NCBI GenBank assembly: GCA_951406725.2 | Contig: OX597832.1 | Location: forward strand, 7,192,001-7,256,000 | Length of the DNA: 64,000 nucleotides | Direction: 5' to 3' | Source of the DNA: Octopus vulgaris | Lineage: Eukaryota | Shown: one piece after another, positions 12,500 to 25,137 of the stretch | How the letters are laid out: the number at the start of each line of letters is the position of its first letter | Position numbering within the stretch: the first letter of the stretch is position 1 | The notes under the pieces: model-generated | What the model was told of the DNA's origin: nothing | The model's database searches: none | Seen by the model: only the letters and a program-made list of their open reading frames with translations | Translations under genes and position numbers: made by a program

Positions 12500-13362
12500 A
12501 TTCATTCTTTGGATGTGCAGTGTCAGTGTGCTTAAGCATCTTGAGAGAAAGTTTAGGCGTAAGAGGAATCAGATGTTGTGTGCAAGAGAGACGACTGCGC
12601 TGGTATGGTCATGTGATGCGAATGGACGAGGACAGTTGTGTAAAGAAGTGCTGATCTCTAACTATGGAGAAAACCTGTGGTAGAGGCAGGCAGACCCAGG
12701 AAGATATGGAACGAAGTGGTGAAGCATGACCTTCGAACTTTGAACCTCACAGAGGCAATGACTAGTAACCAAGACGTTTGACGATGTGCTTTGCTTAGGA
12801 GGACTCGTCAAGCCAAGTGCACCTGTGCTGGTGGCACGTAAAAGAAATCAACTTCTGAATGTTGGGCCTCATGGAGGCAAAGCGGCCGAGTGGCTTTTGA
12901 ACATTGGACCTGACAAAGGCAAATGGCTGAGTACCTTTCAAGTGTTGAGCCTCATGGAGGCAGAGTGGTTGAGTTTCTTTTACATGTTGCGCCTCACGGT
13001 AGTGAAGTGGCTGAGTTCCTTTTGAGCATTGGGCCTCATGGAGGCAAAGTGGCTGAGCTCCTTTCAAGTGTTGGACCTTACGGAGACCTTTGGCATTATG
13101 TTGTGCTTGAGAAGAAGACCCATCAAGCCGAGCAAAATTGCAAGTCATGGAAGATACCTGTGTCACGCAAATGGCACCTGTACCGCTGGCATGTAAAAGC
13201 TCTCATTACACTTCCGGAGTGGTTGGCATTAGGAAGTGCATCCAGCCATAGAAAACAATGCCAAATCAGACTGGATCCTGGCACAGCCTTCCAACATGTC
13301 TACCCAGTCAAACTGTCCGACCCATGCCAGCATGGACAATGGATGTTAAAGGATGATGATGA
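12500..13362 (+). mobile_element. RTE LINE 3' fragment with internal minisatellite
   Basis: Encodes RRLRWYGHVMRMDEDSCVKKC and GRPRKIWNEVVKHD-like segments. Ends ...CCCATGCCAGCATGG...GATGATGAT. Confidence 0.9.
12858..13090 (+). repeat. Minisatellite, ~41-bp unit, about 5.5 copies
   Basis: Repeated TGTTGGGCCTCATGGAGGCAAAGTGGCTGAGT-like units. Confidence 0.85.
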
Positions 13363-14380
13363 TAAATTCAAATTTCAACCTTAGAGGGAAAATTGAAAAT
13401 GAAAAAAAAAAAACATGAAATAAAATTGAAATCTTCAATGAGCTCTAATGATTCTCTATAAATGGATGTTGTTATTGCATGTAAGCAAATATAGTGTAGT
13501 ATTTATTCGGCAATTGTTGCAGTATTGATGTTTAGGTAATTCATGTATGAATCTTGGTTAGACTTTCTGATTAGGTAAGTCTTCGGTTGTTTGATTAACT
13601 CGATTACCTGGTTATTGAGTTAGTGAGTATTCCATAGATATATGTACCCTTTTGATATATGTGGTAAGAAGCTTGCTTCTCAACCACATGGTTCTGGGTT
13701 TAGTCTACCACATGGCATCTTGGTTAAGTGTCTTTTACTATAGCTTCGGACCAACCAAAGCCTTGTGAGTGGATTTGGTAGATGGAAACTGAAAGAAGCC
13801 TGTTACATATATATGTGTGTGTGTGTGTGTGTTCCTCCCCACCACCATCGCTTGACAACCGATGTTGGTGTGTTTACATCACCGTAACTTAGCGGTTTGG
13901 CAAAAGAGACCTATAAAATAAGTACTAGGCTTACAAAGAATAAGTCCTGGGTTCAAATTGCTCGACTAAAGGTGGTGCTCCAGCATGGCTGCAATCAAAT
14001 GACAAACAAAAGAATAAAAGAATATATGTGTATAAAGGTAGATTCAGCAAGGCATAATGTGTAACAAGGCTACACCTTTGAATTATGAATACAGTCTATT
14101 CTAGAAGGCGTCTACACAGTTTTCATCTATCCATGTTTACAAACAAGGCTTGGGTTGAGCCAAGTTCACTTTCATCATCATTTTAACATCCACTTTTGCA
14201 TGCATGCATGATCAAATGGACTTAGATTATTCTATGGCCAGATGCTCTTTCTGTGCTGACCCTTACTTGTTTACAAGTGAGGTAATATGGCCAGATGTTT
14301 TGCAGAATATTAGAAATGAGTGATGCTGCTTTTATAACAGTGACACAACTATCATGGGATGTTGATGTTAAGATGAGGAG

Positions 14381-14438
<58 letters not shown>

Positions 14439-14474
14439 TAAATATTAGGAATAAATCCAAATTTACATAAAAAA

Positions 14475-14512
<38 letters not shown>

Positions 14513-14578
14513 AACAAACTATGTATGTATGTATGTATGTATATTTATTAAAATTTTATGTATTGTTATGTCTCCTCA

Positions 14579-14619
<41 letters not shown>

Positions 14620-15166
14620 TTATAACAGGTTTTTTTCAGTTTCCTTCTAGCAAATCCACTTGTAAGGCTTTGGTTGGCCTGGAGCTAATGTAGAAGACAC
14701 TTGCCCAAAGTGCCACTCAGTGGAACTGAACTCATAACCACTTGTTTGAGAAGCAAACTTAATTACAGAAGCACACTTGTGACTATTGGAGAGTATGGAC
14801 AAAAATCAGAACATCGAGTTGTGTATGGGAACAATATATGCTGCTAGTCATTAAGGCCAATGCTTTGAGAGAGTGTGTATTTTTGCACATGTGGATAGAT
14901 TGTCATGTTCATTAATTAGCAGACAAGCAAGCTAAAAGTTGGTTTGTGTCATCTCAAAACAAAATTCTGTTGCGTTTACAATCAAACTGATCCAGTCCGT
15001 ACAAAGGTTTACAGGCACTGCAAGGTAGAAACAACATATCTACAGACGGTAAATAGTGGTAGCACTGTAAGCTTGCTACATTAGCTTGCAGAGGTGAATT
15101 CTGCGCTGTTACAGGTGGATGTGCTTCTCCAGCTTGGATTTTCATATATATATATATATATATATA

Positions 15167-15565
15167 CTAGCATTATCGCCCGGCGTTGCTCAGGTTTATA
15201 AGGGAAATAACTATATAAGCATTTTTAGAGATGTAATGTATAATAGCCATCTCAATATGGCTAACCACAAAGGGGGGTGTTACTGTAGCTTTTTATGTTC
15301 TGAGATTTAATAATACATTTTTAGAGAGTTACTTCCCTTATATAAACCGAGCGAAAATGCATTAAAAATGCGGAAAAATTATGGTAAATTTTTTTTTAAA
15401 TCGTAGACTCATCGTAGACACGCGCTAATACCCAGAAGGGCTCGATATGAATCACGACTATAAGATACCCGCTTTTGGTTAAACTGCACCGCAAAATGTG
15501 GGAGTAGTTAGGAATCTAAATCGTAGGAGACAGACACCACACATCATCACTTTTATATATATAGA
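15167..15565 (-). mobile_element. Non-autonomous Helitron
   Basis: Minus strand: A|TCTATATATATAAAAG ... CCTGAGCAACGCCGGG subterminal hairpin, CTAG|T end. Inserted between A and T with no TSD. Confidence 0.82.
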
Positions 15566-15569
15566 TATA

Positions 15570-16555
15570 ATCATTTAATGTCTATTGTCCATCTGGCATG
15601 GGTTGGATGGTTTGACCAGGTCTGGGGAGCTGCACCAGACTTCAGTCTGATTTGACACAGTTTGGCTTCTACAGCTGGATGCCCTTACTAACGCCAACCA
15701 CTTTACAGAGTGTACTGAGTGCTTGCTTTTATGCAGTGTTGCATGGGTGCTTTTACACAACACTCCACAGGTGCTTTTACGTGGTACTGCACGGGTGCTT
15801 TTACATGGCATTGGCACAGGACTCTTGCAGGTCAATTCTTACCACCAGTGGGACCGGTCTTAACACTTCTGCCGCAGAGTACAGGTCTTCTTGAATGCAG
15901 CAAAGCACCAGGCATCTTGGTCCTTTTTCATCTCATCTGAAAGGTTCAGTGTACTGAGGTCGTTCTTCCAGTACTTCGTCCCATGTCTTCGTGGCTTCCT
16001 GGGTCTCCCACTTCTACATGTTCCATCTGCTTTGAGAGATCAGCACTTTATCGAGCTGTCAGCATCCATTTGCATGACATGACCAAACCAGCGCAGTCTT
16101 CTCCCTTGCACACAGCAACTAATTCCTCTTATTCCCAACTTCTCTCTCAATACACTAACACGCTGTCGAACATGTACACTTTCATTATGCATTCAGCAGA
16201 GCTTACTAGCCCCATTCCTTTCTAACCTTCACATTTCCTCTTTGTTCAGAGCCCATGTGTCACTACCATCTAGAATTGCTGTCTGTATACTTGCATCAGA
16301 CAGTCTTCCTTTCGCTTGGAGAGAGAAACCTTTTGTAGCCAACAGAGGTAACAGCTCTCTGAATTTCCTCCATTCTTTTCTTATTATGGCTGTCACACTC
16401 TCCATGCATCCTTCTCCATTACTACTTTGGTCTCTTCTGGCAGCGGAAATTATCTGCTACCTCTAATGAACCACCAGGGCAATTGAGAAACTCAATTTCC
16501 TGGGTCTCTATAGTTCTTATGGATCCTGTGCATCTTCCACATATGAACACTCACT
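15570..16555 (-). mobile_element. RTE LINE 3' fragment, diverged subfamily
   Basis: Reverse strand shows RRLRWFGHV and GRPRKPRRHG-like segments plus the RTE 3'UTR with ~21-bp GTGCTTTTAC repeats. Confidence 0.8.
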
Positions 16556-17071
16556 TGAAGAAGTTTTAGTTGAACAAATCGACCTCAGAAATTTATATTT
16601 TAAGCCTAATACTTATTCTATTTTACCAAAGTGCTAAGTTATGGGAACACACCAACACCAGTTGTCAAGTGGTAGTGGAGGACACACACACACACAACTG
16701 GCTTTCATTTTTTTGACTATCAAATCCGCTCATAAGGCTTTGGTCGGCCTGAGGCTATAGTAGAAGACACTTGCTGAAGGTGCCACGCAGTGGGACTGAA
16801 CCCAGAACCATATGCTTGGGAAGCAAGCTTTTTAGCACACAGCCATGCCTACACCTGTCTGCAAAAAAAAAAAAAAATTTTTTTAAAGAAATAGATGCAG
16901 TGCTTATGGCATGAATTCCTTCGAAGAAAAGGTTGCTCATTTATCAGGGGGTACCTAGAGTTTAAAATCTTGCATCATGTCCACACATTTTGAATTCATG
17001 TTGAAACTGCCATGTCGATCATTTGTTTATTTAACAAAATCAATATATTTATTTTCTCTTTTTAATTCCAG

Positions 17072-17300
17072 CTGCCTATATATTATATATATATATTTAT
17101 AAAACCGTGTGTCATCTTGGCGCCTTGACACTTGCTTTTTGTATGCTGAGTCAATGAAGGCCAGGGTATAAACCAGTCATATGCTGGAGACTCTGGCTGG
17201 ATGTCCTTGGACACTTCTGCATGCAAAAACCACCTGCTGATGTATTGGATTTCACACAGACAACTATTTCTACATGATCAATAAATAATGAAGATAAAAA
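17072..17300 (+). other. SELENOT: Putative non-coding terminal (3'UTR) exon of SELENOT
   Basis: Strong acceptor attttctctttttaattccag|c at 17071/17072, SECIS about 75 nt downstream, AATAAA at 17280-17285. The 3' end is uncertain because later AATAAA sites exist. Confidence 0.75.
17146..17210 (+). promoter_or_regulatory. SECIS element, type II
   Basis: AUGAA at 17154-17158 and GGAU at 17199-17202 form the non-Watson-Crick quartet. Helix II GGCCAGGGU/ACUCUGGCU. Unpaired AAA at 17170-17172, 11 nt after UGAA. Apical mini-stem CCAGU/GCUGG with CAUAU loop. Helix I CUGAG/CUUGG. Confidence 0.92.
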
Positions 17301-17353
17301 GAAAAAAAAAATGAAACTGCAACATACACTATGTATATATATATATATATATT

Positions 17354-17393
<40 letters not shown>

Positions 17394-18174
17394 TATGTGT
17401 GTGCGTGTGTGTATATATATATATATAAATGCATATATGTATGAAGGTGTGTATAAATATGTCATACAGATATATAATTACATACATGTTTATAAATATT
17501 TATATTTACTTACATGAACCCACACACATATATACATACGTTATATATATAATGTATGCACACATACTTTCATCCACATGTGTGTATATATATATATATC
17601 CACACATAATAAATTAATAAAAAATTAATCTCTGTAAAAAAAAAATGTAATTGAAAAAAATTAACATATATAAAAAAAAAAAAATCTATCTTCTGGAAAT
17701 GTTCATCAAATTCTTAAATGACATCAACAAGAACAATAATAACAAAGATTATTATTAATAATAAATGTAAGAAATGGAAGTTTTGAGGTTTTGTTTCCCT
17801 TTTTCTGTTTTGGTTGTTTTGTTTTTTAAATGGTCATGTCATAATCAATAATAATAATAATAATAATATGGGTTTCAAAGTTAGGTACAAGGCCAGTAAT
17901 TTCGGGGTAGGGGCTACGTTGATTACATCAACTCCAGTACTCTACTAGTACTTATTTTATCAATCCTGAAAGGATGAAAGATGAAGTTAACCTCGCTGGA
18001 ATTTGAACTCAGAATGTGAAGATGGATGAAATTCTGCTAAGCATTTTGCTTGGTGTGCTAATGATTTTGTCTGCTTTCCTCCTTATCAATAATAAAAGTA
18101 TTGTTTCCAATGTAGACATGAGGCCAGAAATTTTCTGGGATGGGGAGTTAATTTCAGCAAGTGGTCAATACCTA

Positions 18175-18570
18175 TTCACCTGGTAGTCTGGCCTGAACTT
18201 GACCTTAGTTAAGTTAATTTTGGCTCAAAAAGCAAAAAGCAAGGCCATGTAGGGGGACATGGAGTTATGTACAGGGTGGTGTTCATGCAAAAAGTTCAGG
18301 CCATTTGTGGTCAAGGGAGACTTGGAACCGAGTGGTTGTCGGCATCTTCACTATTTCGTCCAGCAGCTTATTCCACGGATCCGCAACCCGGACGGAGAAA
18401 GCCCCTCTCCTTCAATTGAGATGTAATCGTCGCAGATAGAGCTTTTCGGAGTGACCCCGCAGCCGACACTGGAGCAGGAGTGAAGAACAGCTCTTTCGAG
18501 AGGTTACACTTTCCACTTATGATGTTGTGGGCAAGAATGAGATCACCACGGCAGCGTCCAACCCATCGTA
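18175..18570 (-). mobile_element. CR1-like LINE 3' end
   Basis: RCRGDLILAHNIISGKCNLSKELFF...RRGAFSVRVADPWNKLLDEIVKMPT, typical of the CR1 ORF2 C-terminus. Confidence 0.8.
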
Positions 18571-19049
18571 CAAGCATCTTAACAATTTTTTCAGAACCCT
18601 CAGTCCTATAAGCCATAGTACTAGCCTGCTTGCACTTGCTTCTCTGAGTGTTAGACTGCTGCAAGTCTATTGACTTATCCAGGTTAATGTTTACTCTTGT
18701 ATTGCTGATATGGCTTTATAGTATCCCAGTGTTAGTGAAATATCTATCAGCTCTTAGCTTTAGCAGCAATAGCTCAAAAGATACAGAACCAATGCAAGAG
18801 GACATATTTGACAGGCTGGGTATGCAATTAACAACTGTTTCAATAGGTGGACATTTAATCAGGCCACCAAATATATGCTGCTGTACATTGAAACAATCCA
18901 GACTTTATATAATTGTCTAATTGTCTCTTATAATCTACTAACAAGCTCCCTGCACAAGTATATTTTTTTCTATTGCTAAGGGTTTGCTATATCCTATGAG
19001 TTCTCTAATGGCTCTTTTCAGAGTGGAATGCAACCTGTTGATGACAATT

Positions 19050-19525
19050 GCCCTGTTAACTGCTGCTTTAGCAGTTTACCAATCTGCTCTCTGGAAACTT
19101 TTCTTTCTGTGTATGCGTGCTTATAGTTGGTACTATTGTGGTCGTGTGATTGAAGTGAGCCTGATCACGCCATTTTTATTTCTGGTTTTACAGTGTAAGC
19201 ATGGCTGCTCCACTAGCAATGTACACCAAAGAAGTAAAAAAGAGCAGTGATGCGATTTCTCTGGTCGAAAGGTGTGTCAGGTGCTGAAATTCATTGGAGG
19301 CTTTTAGTACAATATGGGGACAGTACACTACTGTGTAGAAGTGTGTATGAGTGGATCAAGAAGTTTAAAAGTGGCCAGACAAGCATGATGCACAAAGAGG
19401 AAGCAGGAAGCCCATCAACCTTCACCACTGATGAGAAGATTCAGCAAGCTTGAGAGATGGTAAAGGTGAACTGGTTCACCATTACCATCTCTTAGATCAC
19501 TGCTCTTTGTTCTTCTTTGGTGCAC
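19050..19525 (+). mobile_element. Mariner 5' fragment with fold-back duplication
   Basis: RAVMRFLWSKGVSGAEIH...VYEWIKKFKSG HTH region at 19201-19453, followed by inverted copies of its own sequence. Confidence 0.8.
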
Positions 19526-19947
19526 CTAAAAGCTCCATGAGGCTCAGAAGTACAATAATAAAATAAATTATAAAGCAAATGTATGGAATGCAAAATCCAA
19601 TTAATGCTCCAATACCAGCCATGCAGGCATCTGTGTGTATTAGTATTTATATCTGAAGTCGTCTGACTGATTTATCTCCCTTCGGGCTAATTACAATATT
19701 TCATATCTTACAGGAATGATAAAATAAGTACCAAAGTACTAGAGCTGATATCATTGACAAAACCCTTGAAAGGTGATGTACATGCTTCACTTATTAAAAC
19801 TATCTGCCTCTAGAGGATGTAACACAATAACCAAAGAGCAGTTCAGACTAGATCCATATAAGGAAGGGAGGTAATCTCAAGAAACAAGAATTCTCAAAAG
19901 TTGACCGGCTATTAAAACAAAGGGCTAACATACTGTCGGGGGGAGGG

Positions 19948-20004
19948 GGACAGTTGTGGACTTGAGTTTCTGTCACAGTAAGCATCATCAGGCAACAATT
20001 GTCC
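19948..20004 (-). ncRNA. Type I hammerhead ribozyme motif, partly decayed
   Basis: Minus strand GGACAAUUGUUGC CUGAUGA UGCUUACUGUGACA GAAA CUCAA GUC CACAACUGUCC. Core intact, stem I GGACA/UGUCC and UUGU/ACAA. Confidence 0.68.
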
Positions 20005-20346
20005 TAGATTGTCTTGGCAGCTAAGGGACATTGACGTAAATGAAAAAGAGCAGATCACATAGGTTATCTCAGACAATGAATTTGTCCTTTCCCTTAATAG
20101 TAACTATGGAGAATTCTTGATCCTTGAAATTCTCTCTTTTCATGTGGAGTTAATAAATATTTGGTCATTAAAACACATTCTCTAGACGCAGAGAGTTTTA
20201 ATAAAGCAAGAATGTATGTTGTATAATATTTAATATATTTGCATCTGTATGTGTGTCTCTTTTTATCTTGTTTCTGTTATTTGGCAGCAGGCATGTCAAG
20301 GTCCCTTCATGAAAGGTTTTAGTTGAAGAGAACAACCCCGGCATTT

Positions 20347-20380
<34 letters not shown>

Positions 20381-20659
20381 CCTGGTACTTGTTCTGTTGG
20401 TATCTTTTGCTGAACCGTCAACTTGCTGGGATGTAAACCAACTAACACCAGTTATCAAGGGGTGGTAGGGAAAAACACAAAGACATATATACATATATGA
20501 CAGGCTTCTTCAGTTTCCATCTCTCCAGCCCACTGGTAAAGCTTTGGTTGATCCAGAGCTATAACAGAAGACACTTGACCAAGGTACCACACTAGGATGA
20601 ATCTAGGACTGTGGTTGGGAAGCAAACTTCTTACCACACAGCTATGCCTGCACCTATAT

Positions 20660-23183
20660 ATCATCATCATCATCATCGTTTTCCATGCTGGCATGGGTTG
20701 GATTGTTTCACCGAGGACTGGTAAGCCAGAGGGCTGCACCAAGCTCCAATGTGATCTGGCAAAGTTTCTACACCTGGATGCCCTTCCTAACGCCAACCAC
20801 TCCAAGAGTGTAGTGGATGCTTTTTATGTGCCACCTGCACAGGAGCCAGTCTGTTGGCACTGGCAACGACCATACTTGAATGGTGCTTTTTTATGTGCCA
20901 CTGGCATGGGAGCCAGTCAGTGGCCCTGGCAATGATCATGCTCAAATGGTGCTTTAAATGTTCCACTGGCATGGGTGCCAATCAGGCGGTACTGTCATCT
21001 GCCATGACAATGATTTCACTTGCCTCAACAGGTTTTCGCAAGTATAGTTTATTGCCCAATGATTGAAGGGTACTTTTAGATGGGCTGGTTATACAGCACT
21101 GGCATAGACCATGGTTATGATCTCACTTGGTTTGCTGGGTCTTCTCAAGCACAGCATATCTCCAAAGGTCTCTATCACTTGCCATTGCCTTTGTGAGGCC
21201 CAATGTTTGAAGATTGTGCTTCACCACCTCTTCCACAGGTTCCCTGAACTGCTAAGGTGTGACACTTTTTCACACAGCTGTCCTCATCCATTCGCAACAC
21301 ATGACCATACCAGTGCAGTCATCTCTCTTGCACACCACATCTGATGCTTCTTAAGTCCAACTTTTCTCTCAGGGCAGTTACACTGTCGTGTATGCACACT
21401 GACATTACACATCCAGTGGAGCATACTGGCTTCATTCCTTGCAAGCTTACACATGTCCTCAGCAGCCGTGGCCCATGTTTCACTGCCATGTAGCATGGCT
21501 GTTCAAACACATGCATCATACAGTCTACCTTTTACTCTGATTGAGAAGCCTTTTGTCACCACCAAAGGTAGGAGCTCTCTGAACTTTGCCCAAGCTATCC
21601 TTACTCTAGCAGCTACACTTTTAGAGCATCCACCCCCACTACTGACTTGGCCACCTAGGTAACAGAAGCTATCAACTACTTCTTTTACCCCCTGGAATGT
21701 GACGGTAGCTGTTCTCTGCACATTTTCAGTGTTTGTTGCTACTGAGCATTTGCCACACACAAAAACTATCTTCCCTGTTAGCCTTCATTTGATATTGCTG
21801 CACCTCGTATGTGTCCATAGCTTACATTGGGTAAATCTTATGGAGTTTCTACCTACGCCTTTTCTACAGATTGAGCAGGGCTATCTACCTGAAGGGATTT
21901 GTGTTTTGTTTGCCTTCCTACTTATTAAGACATTGGTTTTTGCTAGGTTGACTCTAAGGCCCTTCGATTCTAATCCTTGCTTCCACAACTGAAAATTCTC
22001 TAGTTCTGATAGTGACTCAGCAATTAGAGCAAGGTCATCAGCACAGAGAAGCTCCCAGGGGCATCCTGTCTTGAATTCCTCTGTTATTGCCTGGAGGACT
22101 ATGATGAATAAGAGGGGGCTGAGGACTGATCCTTGGTGGACCCCTACCCCTACCTTGTATTATTCACTGTACTTGTTGCCAATCATCACCTTACTGACAG
22201 TATCCCTGTACATGACTGGTACACCCCTCACTAACCATTCATCTATCCCTAGTTTCCTCATCGACCACCAGATAAGGGATTGGGGGACCCTGTCAAAGGC
22301 GCTCTCCATGTCAATGAAAGCCAGGTACAGAGGTTTATCTTTGGCTAGGTATTTCTCCTGCAGCTGTCTTACCAGAAATATAGCATCAGTGGTACTTTTC
22401 CCTGGCACAAACCCAAACTGCATCTCATCTAGACTGACTCTCTCCCTAATTAGCTGGGCTATGACCCTCTCCATGACTTTCATTACCTGATCCAATAACT
22501 TGATACCTTTGAAATTATTTGTATCTAATACATCACCTTTACCTTTGTAGCAGTTGGCTATGGTGCTGCTACACCAGTCATTGGGTATGACTCCTTCATG
22601 TATCACCTGGTTGACTATACGAGTGACTAGGACTATAGCCGACACCGCCAGATATTTTAAGCATCTCTGTGGTGATTGCTGATGGTCCGGGGGCTTTCTC
22701 TGTCTTCATACCCTTAATTGCTTTATCTACCAAGGTACTGTCAATTCAGATAGCTGGTCCCTCTGTTGGTTCAACATTTGGCAAACTCTCTTTCTCCCAT
22801 TCATTCTCTTCCTTTAGCAACCTGTCATGGGGACGTCTGCAAGTCTCTCTTCTTGCAACCCCATTAAATACAAGTGAACCGTCATCCATGTGGACACATT
22901 TCTCTCCTGTGACATCACGATTCTCTCTCGTGCACTGTCTTGCAACATGAAACACCTCAAGTCTTTGGTCCTCATAATGCAGGACATTGGCAAATTTTTT
23001 CTTATCTGCTTCTCCTCTGGCTAAATAAACCTGTCTCCTAGCTTCCCTTGTGGCAGTCTGATACAATTCCCTGCTACCGCCATTCTTCCAGTACCTCCAT
23101 GCCTGTTTCTTTTCCCTAATGGCTCTGTCAACTACATTGTTCCACCACGACATTACTTTGGGACTTTGCACCATCCACAGATT
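20660..23183 (-). mobile_element. RTE-clade LINE, 5'-truncated and decayed
   Basis: RT segments IPNDWCSS..YKGKGD, QFGFVPGKSTTDAIFLVRQLQEKY, AFIDMESAFDRVP, VDSFCYLG and MLHGSETW, then a 3'UTR with short tandem repeats and a (GAT)n tail. Confidence 0.95.
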
Positions 23184-23363
23184 TATATATATATATATAT
23201 ACTTGTTTCAGTCATTTGACTGTGGCCATGTTGTTGGAGCACCACCTTAAATGGTTTTAGTCGAAGAAATTGATTCCAGGACTTATTCTTTGTAAGCCTA
23301 ATACGGAGACATAAACACACCAGCATTAGTTGTTAAGTGATGGCAGGTGGCAAACACATATAA

Positions 23364-23400
<37 letters not shown>

Positions 23401-24378
23401 TACGACAGGCTTATTTCAGTTTCCATCTATCAAATCCACTCATAAGGCTTTGGTTGGCCTGAGGCTATAGAAGGTGCCATGCAGTGGGGCTGAACCTAGA
23501 ACCATGTGGTTGAGAAGCAAGCTTCTTATGACACAGCCATGCCTGTATGAATATTTTTTACTTATTTCAGTCATTTGACTGCAGCCATGCTGGAGTTCCC
23601 ATCTTGAAGAGTTTTAGTCAAACAATTCAACCCCAGTATTTAATTTTAAGCTTGAGACCAATTATATCAGTCTCTTTTGCTGGCATTTGTAAGCCCTGGG
23701 CTAAATTTGAAGACATTTGCCTAAAGTGTCATGCTGTAGGACTGAATTTAATACCACATGGTTGCAAAGCAAGTTTCTTGATCACACAGCCATGCCTTGT
23801 TTAATGAATTCTAGTCTTTAGGGTAATAGGATACGATTTGAAGATTTTGTGATTAAAACAAACAGGTCAATTGACTGCATAAAGGTTGTTTTGGTTGACT
23901 GGCCTGGCTATCTTTTTTTTTAATGTAGGCCATGATTTGAAGGAGATTCTAACTGGTTGAGTGATCTTGTCAAGCAGCAAAATATGTCGACCCCAGGATT
24001 TATTCTTTGTAAGCCTAGTACTTATTCTATCGATCTCTGACGGGGATGTAAACACACCAGCATTGGTTGTCAAACGATGTGGGGAGGGACACAAACACAT
24101 ACATACATACGTACATATATATATATATATATGTGCGACAGGCTTCTTTCAGTTTCCCTCTACCAAATCCACTCACAAGGCTTTGGTCGGTCCGAGGCTA
24201 TAGTAGAAGACACTTGCCCAAGGTGCCACGCAGTGGGACTGAACCCGGAACCATGTGGTTGGTAAGCAAAAAGATTTGGTTGTTAATTCTAATAAGCTGA
24301 GCAAGTATTAGTCCGTCCCTCCCCACGTTTTCCATATAGTCATGAATCTTAAGTTTAATCTGAAACATTTGTCTACAT

Positions 24379-24597
24379 CAGTGGTTTTCAACCAGGGTTC
24401 CGCGGAACCTTAGGGTTCCACCAGTACAGTCCAGGGGTTCCGCAAGAAGTTACAAAACTGCTAAAATCGGCAGTAATTTTTAATTCTCCTGTGCAGATAT
24501 TTGTGCATAAGACTATTAAATTATTGCACAGGGGTTCCCCGAGCCAGTGGAATGTTTCCTTGGGGTTCCGCTCCAACAAAAAGTTTGAAAAGCACTG
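24379..24597. mobile_element. hAT (Charlie-like) MITE
   Basis: CAGTGGTTTTCAA...TTGAAAAGCACTG with a perfect 8-bp TSD GTCTACAT (24371-24378 and 24598-24605). Confidence 0.93.
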
Positions 24598-24908
24598 GTC
24601 TACATCAATTGAGGTGAATCCCTGCAAACTACATTCTTTTTATTTTTAAATCGCCTATAAAATGGATGATAGCTAAAATTGAACTTGGGTGCATTTGAAT
24701 TCAGTACGTCAGAAGTTATAACCAGACACTACAGTGCCTTTCTGTTTATTACTCTAATGATTTTGCCATTCGCCTTTCGTGCTTATTGAGCTGGTAGTGT
24801 CCTATTGGATTTTTAAAAGCTTTTGAGCCAATCTAGATACTGGATGCAAGGGAGGCAACTGTATTTATCTTAATATGGGTCAGATAAATTCGCTATATTT
24901 AATCCAGT

Positions 24909-25137
24909 CGGCGAGCTGGCAGAAACGTTAGCACGCCGAGCGAAATGCGTAGCCGTATTTTGTCTGCCGTTACGTTCTGAGTTCAAATTCCGCCGAGGTC
25001 GACTTTGCCTTTCATCCTTTCGGGGTCGATTAAATAAGTACCAGTTACACACTGGGGTCGATGTAATCAACTTAATCCGTTTGTCTGTCCTTGTTTGTCC
25101 CCTCTGTGTTTAGCCCCTTGTGGGTAGTAAAGAAATA
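24909..25137 (+). mobile_element. tRNA-derived SINE, family B (representative young copy)
   Basis: GGCGAGCTGGCAGAAACGTTAG...GAGTTCAAATTCC...GAGGTCGACTTTGCCTTTCATCCTTTCGGGGTCG...GTAAAGAAATA, flanked by the TSD TATATTTAATCCAGTC. Other copies at 27221-27431+, 34610-35111- (two), 38595-38822-, 17870-18085-, 8490-8670-. Confidence 0.92.

Noticed and set aside
24067-24300. Recurrent ORFs such as ASFSFPLPNPLTRLWS and QIHSQGFGR...CPRCHAVGLNPEP
   Set aside because: Chance translations of family A SINEs, not a gene family.
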